Positions 10,378 through 17,892 of a stretch of 25,715 nucleotides of DNA are shown here, one piece after another (position 1 is the stretch's first letter; each line of letters starts with the position of its first letter). The stretch spans positions 1-25,715 of the forward strand of contig JANPLU010000110.1 in the NCBI GenBank assembly GCA_031422435.1, in the 5' to 3' direction. Origin of the DNA: Acaryochloridaceae cyanobacterium VAR_48_metabat_390 (GTDB taxonomy: Bacteria; Cyanobacteriota; Cyanobacteriia; Thermosynechococcales; Thermosynechococcaceae). A program made the position numbers and the translations under genes. The notes below the pieces were generated by a model, which was not told the origin of the DNA, ran no database searches, and saw only the letters and a program-made list of their open reading frames with translations.

Positions 10378-10782
10378 TTAGAGTTGTCTCCAATTTTCGG
10401 TTTGTAGTTCTGGCACTCGATCAAATTCTCGTTGATTGGCTGTGACCATGATGAGCTGATGTTGAAGTGCTGTAGCAGCAATCAATACATCGTAAGCGCC
10501 AATGGGCTGGCCTTGAGTTTTGAGAATGGCACGAATTTCAGCAGCTTTTTCGGATTCTGGGTTAGCAAAAGGAAGGATTGTAACTGAACTGAGAAAGCTG
10601 GTCATCATCGGTTCGATTTTCTGAGCGCGTTGAGGGTTGAGTTGTAAGCCGTAACGTAGCTCCATCAAGGTGATGACAGAGATAGTGATATCGACGGGCG
10701 AGGTTTGCTTAATTCGAGCTTGAGTGCCCGGTTCTCCTTTGATGAAGTCGCTGATGACGCAGGTATCGAGTAAATAACGCAT
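10378..10782 (-). CDS. vapC: PIN-domain VapC toxin
   Basis: YLLDTCVIS, E42-type ELRYG, G.PIGAYDVLIAATAL, VTAN.REF.RV motifs. Confidence 0.9.
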   Translation of the reverse strand: MRYLLDTCVISDFIKGEPGTQARIKQTSPVDITISVITLMELRYGLQLNPQRAQKIEPMMTSFLSSVTILPFANPESEKAAEIRAILKTQGQPIGAYDVLIAATALQHQLIMVTANQREFDRVPELQTENWRQL

Positions 10783-11024
10783 TAGAACAACTCCGGTTCA
10801 CGGGGTGGAAGAAGTTCATCGCGGTAAGATTCAAATGCAGGGAAGTCTGGTTCACCATTGAATGCAAGGATGATGCCTGGCCAACCAGCAACATTAGATT
10901 GTTTTACTTGGGTGAGTTGATGCAAAGATTGAAGGATGAGAGTTTCTATAGAAATATTTAGTTGATTTGCTTGTTGGATAAGATTTTGTTCGAGGTCTTG
11001 GGGTAGGTTGATTGTGATTTTCAT
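10782..11024 (-). CDS. Probable VapB-type antitoxin
   Basis: 80 aa with an RHH-like N-terminus (MKITINLPQDLE); stop overlaps the vapC start (TAATG). Confidence 0.75.
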   Translation of the reverse strand: MKITINLPQDLEQNLIQQANQLNISIETLILQSLHQLTQVKQSNVAGWPGIILAFNGEPDFPAFESYRDELLPPREPELF

Positions 11025-11116
11025 AGGTAGATAAGCACTAGACGAGATTGAATTTTATCTTCACAGCCCCATTTCATTATCGACTTTTAGAGTTAATTTT
11101 TAATATCTAATCGGCT

Positions 11117-11514
11117 TCAGGAAGTTTTTTTAATAACGATTGTCTTTGCAATCTTATCTCCAAGTCTTTGTTGCTTTTCTGAGAAAACAAACATGCAATC
11201 TATTAGTCCTAATAATAAGCTAGAGTTGCGGATTAAAGATTGAATAAAAGTACATGGTCTTCCAGATTTTGCATCTATCACATAGATTTCCATGATTCGT
11301 TTTCCGAAGCTTTGTCCATGCATTAAACCATCTGCGCTAAACATATACGGCAGAGCAATGAAAACACCAAAAAACCTTGAAACTGAGTAATTTTCGCAGA
11401 AGAATAACAAAGTGCAAGTGAAATGCGGAGAACTAAAATAACGCTAAACTGATCAATCACAAAAGAAATAATTCGATCTCTAAGTCTTGCTAAATTATGG
11501 TTATTTGTCGTCAT
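11117..11514 (-). pseudogene. RDD-family membrane protein, frameshifted
   Basis: The N-part (LARLRDRIISFVID) is in one frame; the C-part (GQSFGKRI…V.D, LIRN, QRLGDKIAKTIVI) is in another. The frames switch around 11400-11415. Confidence 0.7.
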
Positions 11515-11689
11515 AAGTTTAATGTTTTTTGTCTGCTATTAATCAAAATAATTTAAGGAGGTCTTTAGTCATTACATAGTACGGCTAGCTCTATCCACTG
11601 ATCTAAAAGGCTTTCAAGCTATTGTTTTAATCTAGAAATTCTAGAGGCATTACTATAATGAGATACTAGTAGTTCTCTCAAAGCAATTG

Positions 11690-12130
11690 TCATGGCAAAA
11701 AGTCTTCATTCAGGATTTGAGAAGGAGTATAGGGAGATTGCCCTGGAAAAATCTTGCTCTCTAGTCCTGTTTCATCTGCTGCCTGTCGGCAAGCCTGACC
11801 ATAGCACTGCTCTAGAGTCTCTGCTAAAAAGTTGTTCAGACTCGGGCTATCTTCTAGAATATCTAGGATTCGGTTGCGATGTTCTCGAATGGTTGAGCGC
11901 CAGCTATTAGATTGACGATCAGGCTGATATTGCCACTTGAGCAAGTGCATGAGCAGAACCCGCAGGTTACTTTTTAACGCCTGCCTCTGACTCTTTCCCA
12001 AATCCTCAACCTCTTCAATGAGCGGATCTAAATCAACTTCATTAAGCCTTCCTTGCCGCAGTAGTTTTACCGTATGTTCCACCCAACAGGCGTAATCTGT
12101 ACTGTAAAGATTGTTTTTTACAAGGGGCAT
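11690..12130 (-). CDS. DUF29 family protein
   Basis: LYxxDYxxW, LIEEVEDLGKS, LLMHLLKWQYQP, SW..TI.EHR, SPSL motifs typical of cyanobacterial DUF29. Confidence 0.9.
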   Translation of the reverse strand: MPLVKNNLYSTDYACWVEHTVKLLRQGRLNEVDLDPLIEEVEDLGKSQRQALKSNLRVLLMHLLKWQYQPDRQSNSWRSTIREHRNRILDILEDSPSLNNFLAETLEQCYGQACRQAADETGLESKIFPGQSPYTPSQILNEDFLP

Positions 12131-12197
12131 TCTATACTTCCATAACCCTAAATGTCCTGTAGGGCAATTATACTGCCCACTTGATGAGGACTGGGCG

Positions 12198-13148
12198 CTA
12201 CACCTTTTGAACCTGCGATCGCCCCAATAACCCCTGGGGTCTCAGCAGCAGCATGGCAAACAAAATGGCAAAGGCGATCGCATCTTTATAGGCCGAAAAT
12301 TCGCTGGGCACGAAGGCTTCAACAATGCCAATCGCTAAGCCGCCAACCACCGCGCCAGGAATGCTGCCCAAGCCGCCGAGCACAATTACCGCCAACCCTT
12401 TAAGACCAAACCCAATGCCAAAGTAAGGCCCCGCAATGCTCACGCTAGAGCCAACTAAAGTCCCGGCCAAGGCACCCAGAAACCCGCTGACAAAAAACGT
12501 CAGCACAATAAAGCGGTCTGTATTGATGCCCAACAAGCTAGCTGTCACAGGATCTTCCGCCACCGCCTGCATTGCTTTGCCGTACTTTGTCGCGTTGACC
12601 CAATAGGTTAGACCCGTCAGAATGACCGCAGATACGCCAAAAATGATAATCTGCACCGTGCGGATGGGGATGGGGTTTTCAGTGCTACCAAAGTTCACCG
12701 CTGCGGGCAGGCTGCCATAGGTATTTGCTGGAAACGTATAGGTTTCGGCTCCCACCAGATACTGAATTAAGTTGACGATAATAAACGCAACCCCCAGACT
12801 TGAAACCACCGTTAGCAAAGGGTCTGCCCCTCGTCGGCGAAGGGGACGAAAGGCCAATTGCTCGATGGCGATGCAGACTAATCCAGACAGAGTACCGCTG
12901 AGCACAACTGCTAGGGCGAATGGCAGGGCGAACGGCAGTTTTAGATTAGCCAACAGCCCATTAAACCCAAATGCGCCGCCCATCAAGATATAGGTGAAAT
13001 ATGCGCCCAAGGTAAACACTGCGCCGTGGGCGAAGTTAATAATCCCCAGAATTGAAAACACCAGAGTATAGCCAAGGGCAAAGATGGCGTAGATGCTCCC
13101 GACAGAAAGTCCATTCAAAATATTTTGCAGAAATAGCGTAAGCGTCAT
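12198..13148 (-). CDS. livH: Branched-chain amino acid ABC transporter permease (LivH-like)
   Basis: NGLSVGSIYAIFALGYTLVF, INFAHG, GKAMQAVAED, VLGGLGS and RPQGLLG motifs. Confidence 0.9.
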   Translation of the reverse strand: MTLTLFLQNILNGLSVGSIYAIFALGYTLVFSILGIINFAHGAVFTLGAYFTYILMGGAFGFNGLLANLKLPFALPFALAVVLSGTLSGLVCIAIEQLAFRPLRRRGADPLLTVVSSLGVAFIIVNLIQYLVGAETYTFPANTYGSLPAAVNFGSTENPIPIRTVQIIIFGVSAVILTGLTYWVNATKYGKAMQAVAEDPVTASLLGINTDRFIVLTFFVSGFLGALAGTLVGSSVSIAGPYFGIGFGLKGLAVIVLGGLGSIPGAVVGGLAIGIVEAFVPSEFSAYKDAIAFAILFAMLLLRPQGLLGRSQVQKV

Positions 13149-14374
13149 TTCAAAAACGTAAATTTACCGTTGACTCCATCCGTATCCATTTTGATCTGCG
13201 CCACATAAAAGTCTTTTTGGATCACTTCTCCTTCAGGACTAAAGGAAATTTCACCCAAGGGCGTATCGTATTTACCTTTAAGGAGCTGCTGATTGAGCGC
13301 TACTCGCAGTTCAGCTAAGGGCTTTTTGCTGACCTTACTTTGTTGATCAAGCACCTTCAGTGCCTCTACAAAGACCTGAACACCTGCGAATGTTTGGGCG
13401 CTAAACTGGGGCGGCTCTTTCTGAGACTGGGCTTGGTAAGCCTTGCGAAAGGACTGGTTGAGGGCGCTCGGATACTCTGGGTTGTAGGCTTGGGCAATCA
13501 ACACGCCATCGCAGAGTGCCTTACAGACGGGTAGCACATTGGAGGTATTGAGTCCATTACCGCCAATAATGGTGCCCTTGTAGCCCAGTTCACGGAGTTG
13601 GCGCACGAGATTGCCGCCATCCGCCGCCAGCCCTGAGATGATGGCTAAATCTGGCTTAAAGTTAATGGCGGCGGTCGCCTGGGTTTGGAAGTCGGTATCC
13701 GTGGTCTGGAATTTTTGTACCGTAACTAAATCTAGCTTTTGATCCTTGACGGTCTGCTGAAAAATTTCGGTTTCAGACTTGCTGAAGGCATCATTTTGAG
13801 CAAAAAACACCGCTACCTTTTTGATTTTAGGATTAATCTTTAGCGCAGCCTTGACCGCATTGGGAGCCACAATTGAGACGGGTGCAGAGACACGAGCCAC
13901 AAATTCCCCAATTTGCGGAATGCCTTTGGCGGTATTGGAGGGACCAATGACGGGTACCTTGGCGCGATCGGCGATAGGGTCGGCGCTAAATGCCTGCTGG
14001 GAGAGGGTAGGGCCGACAATCCCTACGACTTTATCTTTACTGATGAGTGCTTGAAAGGCATTGATGGCTCCGGCTTCATCTCCGCCTGTATCCTGAAAGA
14101 TGAGCTTGATGGGGGTGCCGTTAATGCCGCCTTTTTCATTAAAGTATTGCTCTGCAAGTTTAGCCCCCGCCACTTCTTCTTGACCGAGGAGCGCTACGTT
14201 ACTGGTTTGAGCAACCCCAATTCCAATAGGGATGGCTCCCTGGGCTGAATTTTCACTGGCGCTGGGGGTGGTAGAGGTTCCAGAAGATTCTGGGGGGGCG
14301 CTACTGCTGGTGCAGGCTCCTAGGGTAAAAACGAGAGGCATAAAAAGGGCAATGCAGTGAAAGATTTTGCTCAT
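13145..14374 (-). CDS. Branched-chain amino acid ABC transporter substrate-binding lipoprotein (LivK/J-like)
   Basis: Lipobox LGAC, a Ser/Thr-rich linker, N.KGGING.PIKL..QD, and DFQTQ motifs; overlaps the livH start. Confidence 0.88.
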   Translation of the reverse strand: MSKIFHCIALFMPLVFTLGACTSSSAPPESSGTSTTPSASENSAQGAIPIGIGVAQTSNVALLGQEEVAGAKLAEQYFNEKGGINGTPIKLIFQDTGGDEAGAINAFQALISKDKVVGIVGPTLSQQAFSADPIADRAKVPVIGPSNTAKGIPQIGEFVARVSAPVSIVAPNAVKAALKINPKIKKVAVFFAQNDAFSKSETEIFQQTVKDQKLDLVTVQKFQTTDTDFQTQATAAINFKPDLAIISGLAADGGNLVRQLRELGYKGTIIGGNGLNTSNVLPVCKALCDGVLIAQAYNPEYPSALNQSFRKAYQAQSQKEPPQFSAQTFAGVQVFVEALKVLDQQSKVSKKPLAELRVALNQQLLKGKYDTPLGEISFSPEGEVIQKDFYVAQIKMDTDGVNGKFTFLK

Positions 14375-14453
14375 GGTGCAACAAAAGATCTGGATAGATC
14401 GGCTGAGAGGAACTGAGTAATACGGTCATCATTTCATGGATTTGGATTACAGC

Positions 14454-14485
14454 AATAAACCCCCAGCAAATACCGGAGGTTTATT
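14454..14485 (-). terminator. Hairpin downstream of map (possible intrinsic terminator)
   Basis: Minus strand AATAAACCTCCGG-TATTTG-CTGGGGGTTTATT forms a 13-bp stem with two G-U pairs, 35 nt after the map stop. Confidence 0.55.
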
Positions 14486-14519
14486 AATCTTTTCGATTCT
14501 CAATCTCTAGGCAATTACG

Positions 14520-15344
14520 TTAGAGGTTATTTCGGTCGGTCAAGATTTCGTAGCCTGTTTTGGTGACGAGTACGGTGTGCTCAAACTGGGCAGAAAGGGC
14601 ATTATCGACCGTTACCGCTGTCCAGCGATCGCGCAAAATCTTCGTGTGACGCGACCCTGCGTTGACAATGGGTTCGATTGCCAAGGTCATGCCTTCACGT
14701 AGGCGCACGTTTTTGAGGTCGTGGGTACGGGTGTTAAACACAGAAGGCTCTTCGTGGAGGTTGCGGCCTACGCCGTGGCCTGTAAATTCTTCGACGACCT
14801 TAAAGCCATTCGCCTCAACGTGATCCTGCACGGCACCTGCTAAATCCATGAGGCAGTTGCCTTCTTTGACCTGCTCAATGCCTTTATAAAGCGCTTCTTC
14901 TGCCACTCGGATGAGTTTGGCTGCATGGTCGGTGACGGGGCCAACGGCGATTGTAATGCAGGAGTCGCCGTGGAAACCTTGGAAAAAGGCTCCGGTGTCT
15001 ACCTTCAGCACATCCCCTTCACGAATCACCTTTTTGCGGTTGGGGATGCCGTGAACCACTTCGTTATTAATGCTAGTGCAGAGAGAGGCTGGAAAGCCGT
15101 GATAGCCCTTAAAGCTGGGGGTTGCACCCATTTCACGAATGCGTTTTTCGGCATAGGCATCTAGATCGGCGGTAGTCATGCCGGGTTCGACCATGCCAGA
15201 AATTTCTTTGAGTACCGTTGCCACAATTTTGGCAGACTGACGCATGATATCAATCTCACGCTTCGATTTAATCTCGATGCCTTTGCGCTGCTTTGAAATG
15301 GTGGGTTGCGCAGGCTGAGCTAATAGGTTGGTGAGGATATTCAT
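14520..15344 (-). CDS. map: Type I methionine aminopeptidase
   Basis: [12 protein letters not shown]…GFHGD, GHGVG..LHEEP, AIEPIV and SAQFEHT motifs. ATG at 15344 preferred over TTG at 15398. Confidence 0.95.
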   Translation of the reverse strand: MNILTNLLAQPAQPTISKQRKGIEIKSKREIDIMRQSAKIVATVLKEISGMVEPGMTTADLDAYAEKRIREMGATPSFKGYHGFPASLCTSINNEVVHGIPNRKKVIREGDVLKVDTGAFFQGFHGDSCITIAVGPVTDHAAKLIRVAEEALYKGIEQVKEGNCLMDLAGAVQDHVEANGFKVVEEFTGHGVGRNLHEEPSVFNTRTHDLKNVRLREGMTLAIEPIVNAGSRHTKILRDRWTAVTVDNALSAQFEHTVLVTKTGYEILTDRNNL

Positions 15345-15618
15345 GCGGGTTGGGTTGAGCTGAAACAATAGGTGTGGAGGTGGAGGCTGCAACAGCAAAT
15401 GTGTAAGCTGGCAAACACTTTCTTCAGAATAACGCTAATTTAGGGCTTCTGACATTGCCCCAAAAGATAGCTCATAAAGTCTGTTCTGCTGGCAAAAGGG
15501 CGATAGCGGCGCACTAAGAGTCCGTATTTCTCATACCGTCAATCTTAAAAAGGCATCAACTCGGCAACTTTTTTGCAGGGCTGAAGGATTAGTCTGATAG
15601 AGATTTGAGGAAACCTGC

Positions 15619-16593
15619 ATGTCGAGACATTTAGAAAGACTTCTTCAGCTAGATACGCTGATCCGCTCAAGCCACCGTCATACAGTAGAGAGCCTAGCAA
15701 AGGCTGTAGAAAGAAGCGATCGCACGGTAAGAAACGACTTGGCATTTCTGCGCGATCGCCTGGGTGCGCCACTGCTCTACAAAAAGACTAAGGGGTTTCA
15801 CTATACTGACCCAGACTGGCGGTTGCCGAGCATTACGCTGAGTCAAGGGGAACTGTTTGCCCTGACGTTAGGGGCGCGAATGTTAGAAAACTACGCGGGG
15901 TCTGCCTATGCGGAGGAGTTGCGGGGGGCGATCGCCCGTTTAGCCGAACGCCTGCCTGAGCAAACTTGGGTAGATCTCCAGCAGTTGGCAAATGAAAACG
16001 TGTTGTTTCGAGTGGGGGCGCAGCTCGATCTAGATTCTGATGTGTGGCAGGTACTGGAGACAGCTTGCCAACTGAAGCAGCGGGTGTTGATGCGCTACTA
16101 CACGGCGGGGCGAAATGAGGAGACGGAACGCAAGCTTGACCCCTATCTGCTGCACTTTACGCGGAACAATCCTTATGTAACGGGCTATTGTCATCGGCGG
16201 CAGGCTATTTTGTGGTTTCGGGTGGATCGGGTGCGCTCTATTCAGCTCTTAAAGGAGCGCTTTGAGATTGACCCATCGTTTGATCGGCAAAAACATTTTG
16301 AGGATGTATTTCAGCATGAGGTGGGGAAGCAGGCTTATGAGGTGGCGATTTGGTTTGATGGGCAGACGGCTCCCTACATTCGAGAGCGGCGCTGGCATCC
16401 AACTCAGGTGATTGAGGAAGGGGAAGATGGAGGGTTGATTTTGCGGATGACGGTACGGGGGTTGAATGAGCTGAAGCGTTGGGTTCTATTTTATGGGAAG
16501 GGGGCGATCGCCCTGGAGCCGCCAGAGCTGGTGCAGATGATTGAAGATGAGATATCGACGATGTACCGCCACTATGAGGAGGGACGACCATGA
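15619..16593 (+). CDS. HTH-WYL-WCX transcriptional regulator (CRISPR-associated)
   Basis: N-terminal wHTH (SDRTVRNDL), WYL domain (Y…R.LDPY.L…YVTGYC..R…FRVDRV), and WCX (RWVLFYG…LEPPEL); located upstream of the cas operon. Confidence 0.9.
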   Translation: MSRHLERLLQLDTLIRSSHRHTVESLAKAVERSDRTVRNDLAFLRDRLGAPLLYKKTKGFHYTDPDWRLPSITLSQGELFALTLGARMLENYAGSAYAEELRGAIARLAERLPEQTWVDLQQLANENVLFRVGAQLDLDSDVWQVLETACQLKQRVLMRYYTAGRNEETERKLDPYLLHFTRNNPYVTGYCHRRQAILWFRVDRVRSIQLLKERFEIDPSFDRQKHFEDVFQHEVGKQAYEVAIWFDGQTAPYIRERRWHPTQVIEEGEDGGLILRMTVRGLNELKRWVLFYGKGAIALEPPELVQMIEDEISTMYRHYEEGRP

Positions 16594-17201
16594 TTCAAGC
16601 GTTACAGAGACTAATGACGTTTGAGGAGTTTCTGGATTGGTACCCAGAAGATGGGAACTGCTATGAGCTGATGGATGGGGAGGTGATATCTGTGCGACCT
16701 AGGGGCGAACACGAAGAGGTGATTAGCTTGCTGACCCGCAAGCTGGATCGGGAGGTGGAGCGACTGGATCTGCCGTGGTTTATTCCTAAAACCTGCTGTG
16801 TGAAGCCTGAGGGAAATCTGGATGGCTATGTGCCGGATTTGATTGTGCTAGATCGCGTTCAATTACAGTCGGAGCCGCTCTGGAAGAAGGCTTCTACGAT
16901 TGTGCAGGGTGCTTCTGCTCGGCTGGTGGTGGAGGTGGCGAGTACGAATTGGCAGGATGACTATGCCAAGAAGCTAGAAGACTATGAGCTGTTGGGTATA
17001 CCTGAGTATTGGATTGTGGATTATCGGGCGTTGGGGGGACGGCGATATATTGGGTCGCCTAAGGTGCCGACGGTGAGTGTTTATGTGTTGGTGGATGAGG
17101 TGTATCAGGTGCGGCAGTTTAGGGAGGGGGAGGCAATCGCGTCTGCTATTTTCCCTGAGCTAAGGCTGACGGCGGCAGAGATTTTGACGGTGGGGGAGTA
17201 G
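16590..17201 (+). CDS. Uma2-family PD-(D/E)XK endonuclease
   Basis: MTFEEFL, YELMDG, PDLIV, VVEVAS, DY..K..DY..LGIPEYWIVD motifs; ATGA overlap with the WYL gene. Confidence 0.92.
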   Translation: MIQALQRLMTFEEFLDWYPEDGNCYELMDGEVISVRPRGEHEEVISLLTRKLDREVERLDLPWFIPKTCCVKPEGNLDGYVPDLIVLDRVQLQSEPLWKKASTIVQGASARLVVEVASTNWQDDYAKKLEDYELLGIPEYWIVDYRALGGRRYIGSPKVPTVSVYVLVDEVYQVRQFREGEAIASAIFPELRLTAAEILTVGE

Positions 17202-17214
17202 TGGGGTGAAGTGG

Positions 17215-17298
17215 GCGATCACGCTGGGGCCATCGGAGTTGGTGGAGACGGTGCGGGAGGAGGTAAAAGTGATGGATCAAGCCTATCGGTTTAGTTGA
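17215..17298 (+). pseudogene. Orphan duplicate of the WYL regulator C-terminus
   Basis: Reads AITLGPSELVETVREEVKVMDQAYRFS*, homologous to WYL AIALEPPELVQMIEDEISTMYRHY; begins at a degenerate HIP1 site (GCGATCAC). Confidence 0.7.
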
Positions 17299-17339
17299 TG
17301 TTTTTTTCAGGAGAGCTTTTGTACCATGATTGATGAATG

Positions 17340-17345
17340 TATAAT
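17340..17345 (+). promoter_or_regulatory. -10 box for the mini-CRISPR
   Basis: Perfect TATAAT 6 nt upstream of repeat 1; no clear -35 at canonical spacing. Confidence 0.55.
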
Positions 17346-17351
17346 TGCATT

Positions 17352-17447
17352 GTGTTCGTCTCAGATGCCTTTGGCGTTGAGCACAGAAGTGCGACAGAAC
17401 CTGGCGGACTTTTGCATTCGCGCTCCCACCACTGATGCCGCAAGGCG
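17352..17447 (+). CRISPR. Single-spacer mini-array (degenerate Myxan/I-B repeats; crRNA-like regulatory RNA)
   Basis: Repeat 1 GTGTTCGTCTCAGATGCCTTTGGCGTTGAGCAC (17352-17384); 35-nt spacer 17385-17419; repeat 2 GCGCTCCCACCACTGATGCCGCAAGGCG (17420-17447), lacking the TTGAGCAC tail. The shared GATGCC..GGCG core and GGCGTTGAGCAC end are typical of repeats at Myxan-type I-B loci. Confidence 0.85.
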
Positions 17448-17488
17448 CTTTTCAAAATCCAACAAATAGGGTTATCCGAAACGATTTT

Positions 17489-17557
17489 ATGAGAAGAGCA
17501 ACTTAACCAGGGGGACTAGGGGGGTTGACAAACGAGATATCCTAAGTCAAGATATCT
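17489..17557 (+). promoter_or_regulatory. Putative ORF75/cas promoter with overlapping crRNA target site
   Basis: ATG PAM at 17489-17491, protospacer-like 17492-17526, TTGACA at 17525-17530, a weak -10 CAAGAT 17 nt later (17548-17553), and inverted repeat AGATATC-N9-GATATCT (17535-17557). Confidence 0.65.
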
Positions 17558-17584
17558 GGCAAGAGTATCTGAAGGCATCTAGTC

Positions 17585-17812
17585 ATGATTTCTCCTAGTT
17601 TTGTCCTCTGCTGTTCATCCTGTGGAAAACAACACTCGATCTATATCAATCAGAAACCGTTGGATGAGCTTACAGATGAGAATCAACAACTTAAGGAAGA
17701 GAAACTTTACCTCAACCAAGTGTGTGAAAGCTTAAGTGAAAGACTTGTTGCGGCGGAGTCAATGGCTGCTTGGGACGATATAGACGGTAATGCCATAGCA
17801 AATTTGCTTTAG
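17585..17812 (+). CDS. Hypothetical 75-aa protein (CxxC + coiled coil)
   Basis: ATG preceded by GAAGG; CCSSCGKQH then heptad-like LDELTDENQQLKEEKLYLNQVCESLSERL; lies between the promoter and cas6. Confidence 0.55.
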   Translation: MISPSFVLCCSSCGKQHSIYINQKPLDELTDENQQLKEEKLYLNQVCESLSERLVAAESMAAWDDIDGNAIANLL

Positions 17813-17892
17813 CAATAAAAAGTGAATTTCTTTAAGCAAACCCAAGCAGTTGATGCTGTAAGACGAAGGGACTTGAATAAAATTTACTGATT

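Noticed and set aside
9456..16591. Antisense or alternate-frame ORFs within the liv genes, vapBC, DUF29, map and WYL
   Set aside because: They overlap well-supported genes and show no family motifs.
17352..17447. Ordinary decayed immune array
   Set aside because: Only one spacer, retention of exactly the 5' handle and 3' hairpin, and a PAM-flanked cis target with 6-nt-periodic mismatches argue for a regulatory role.
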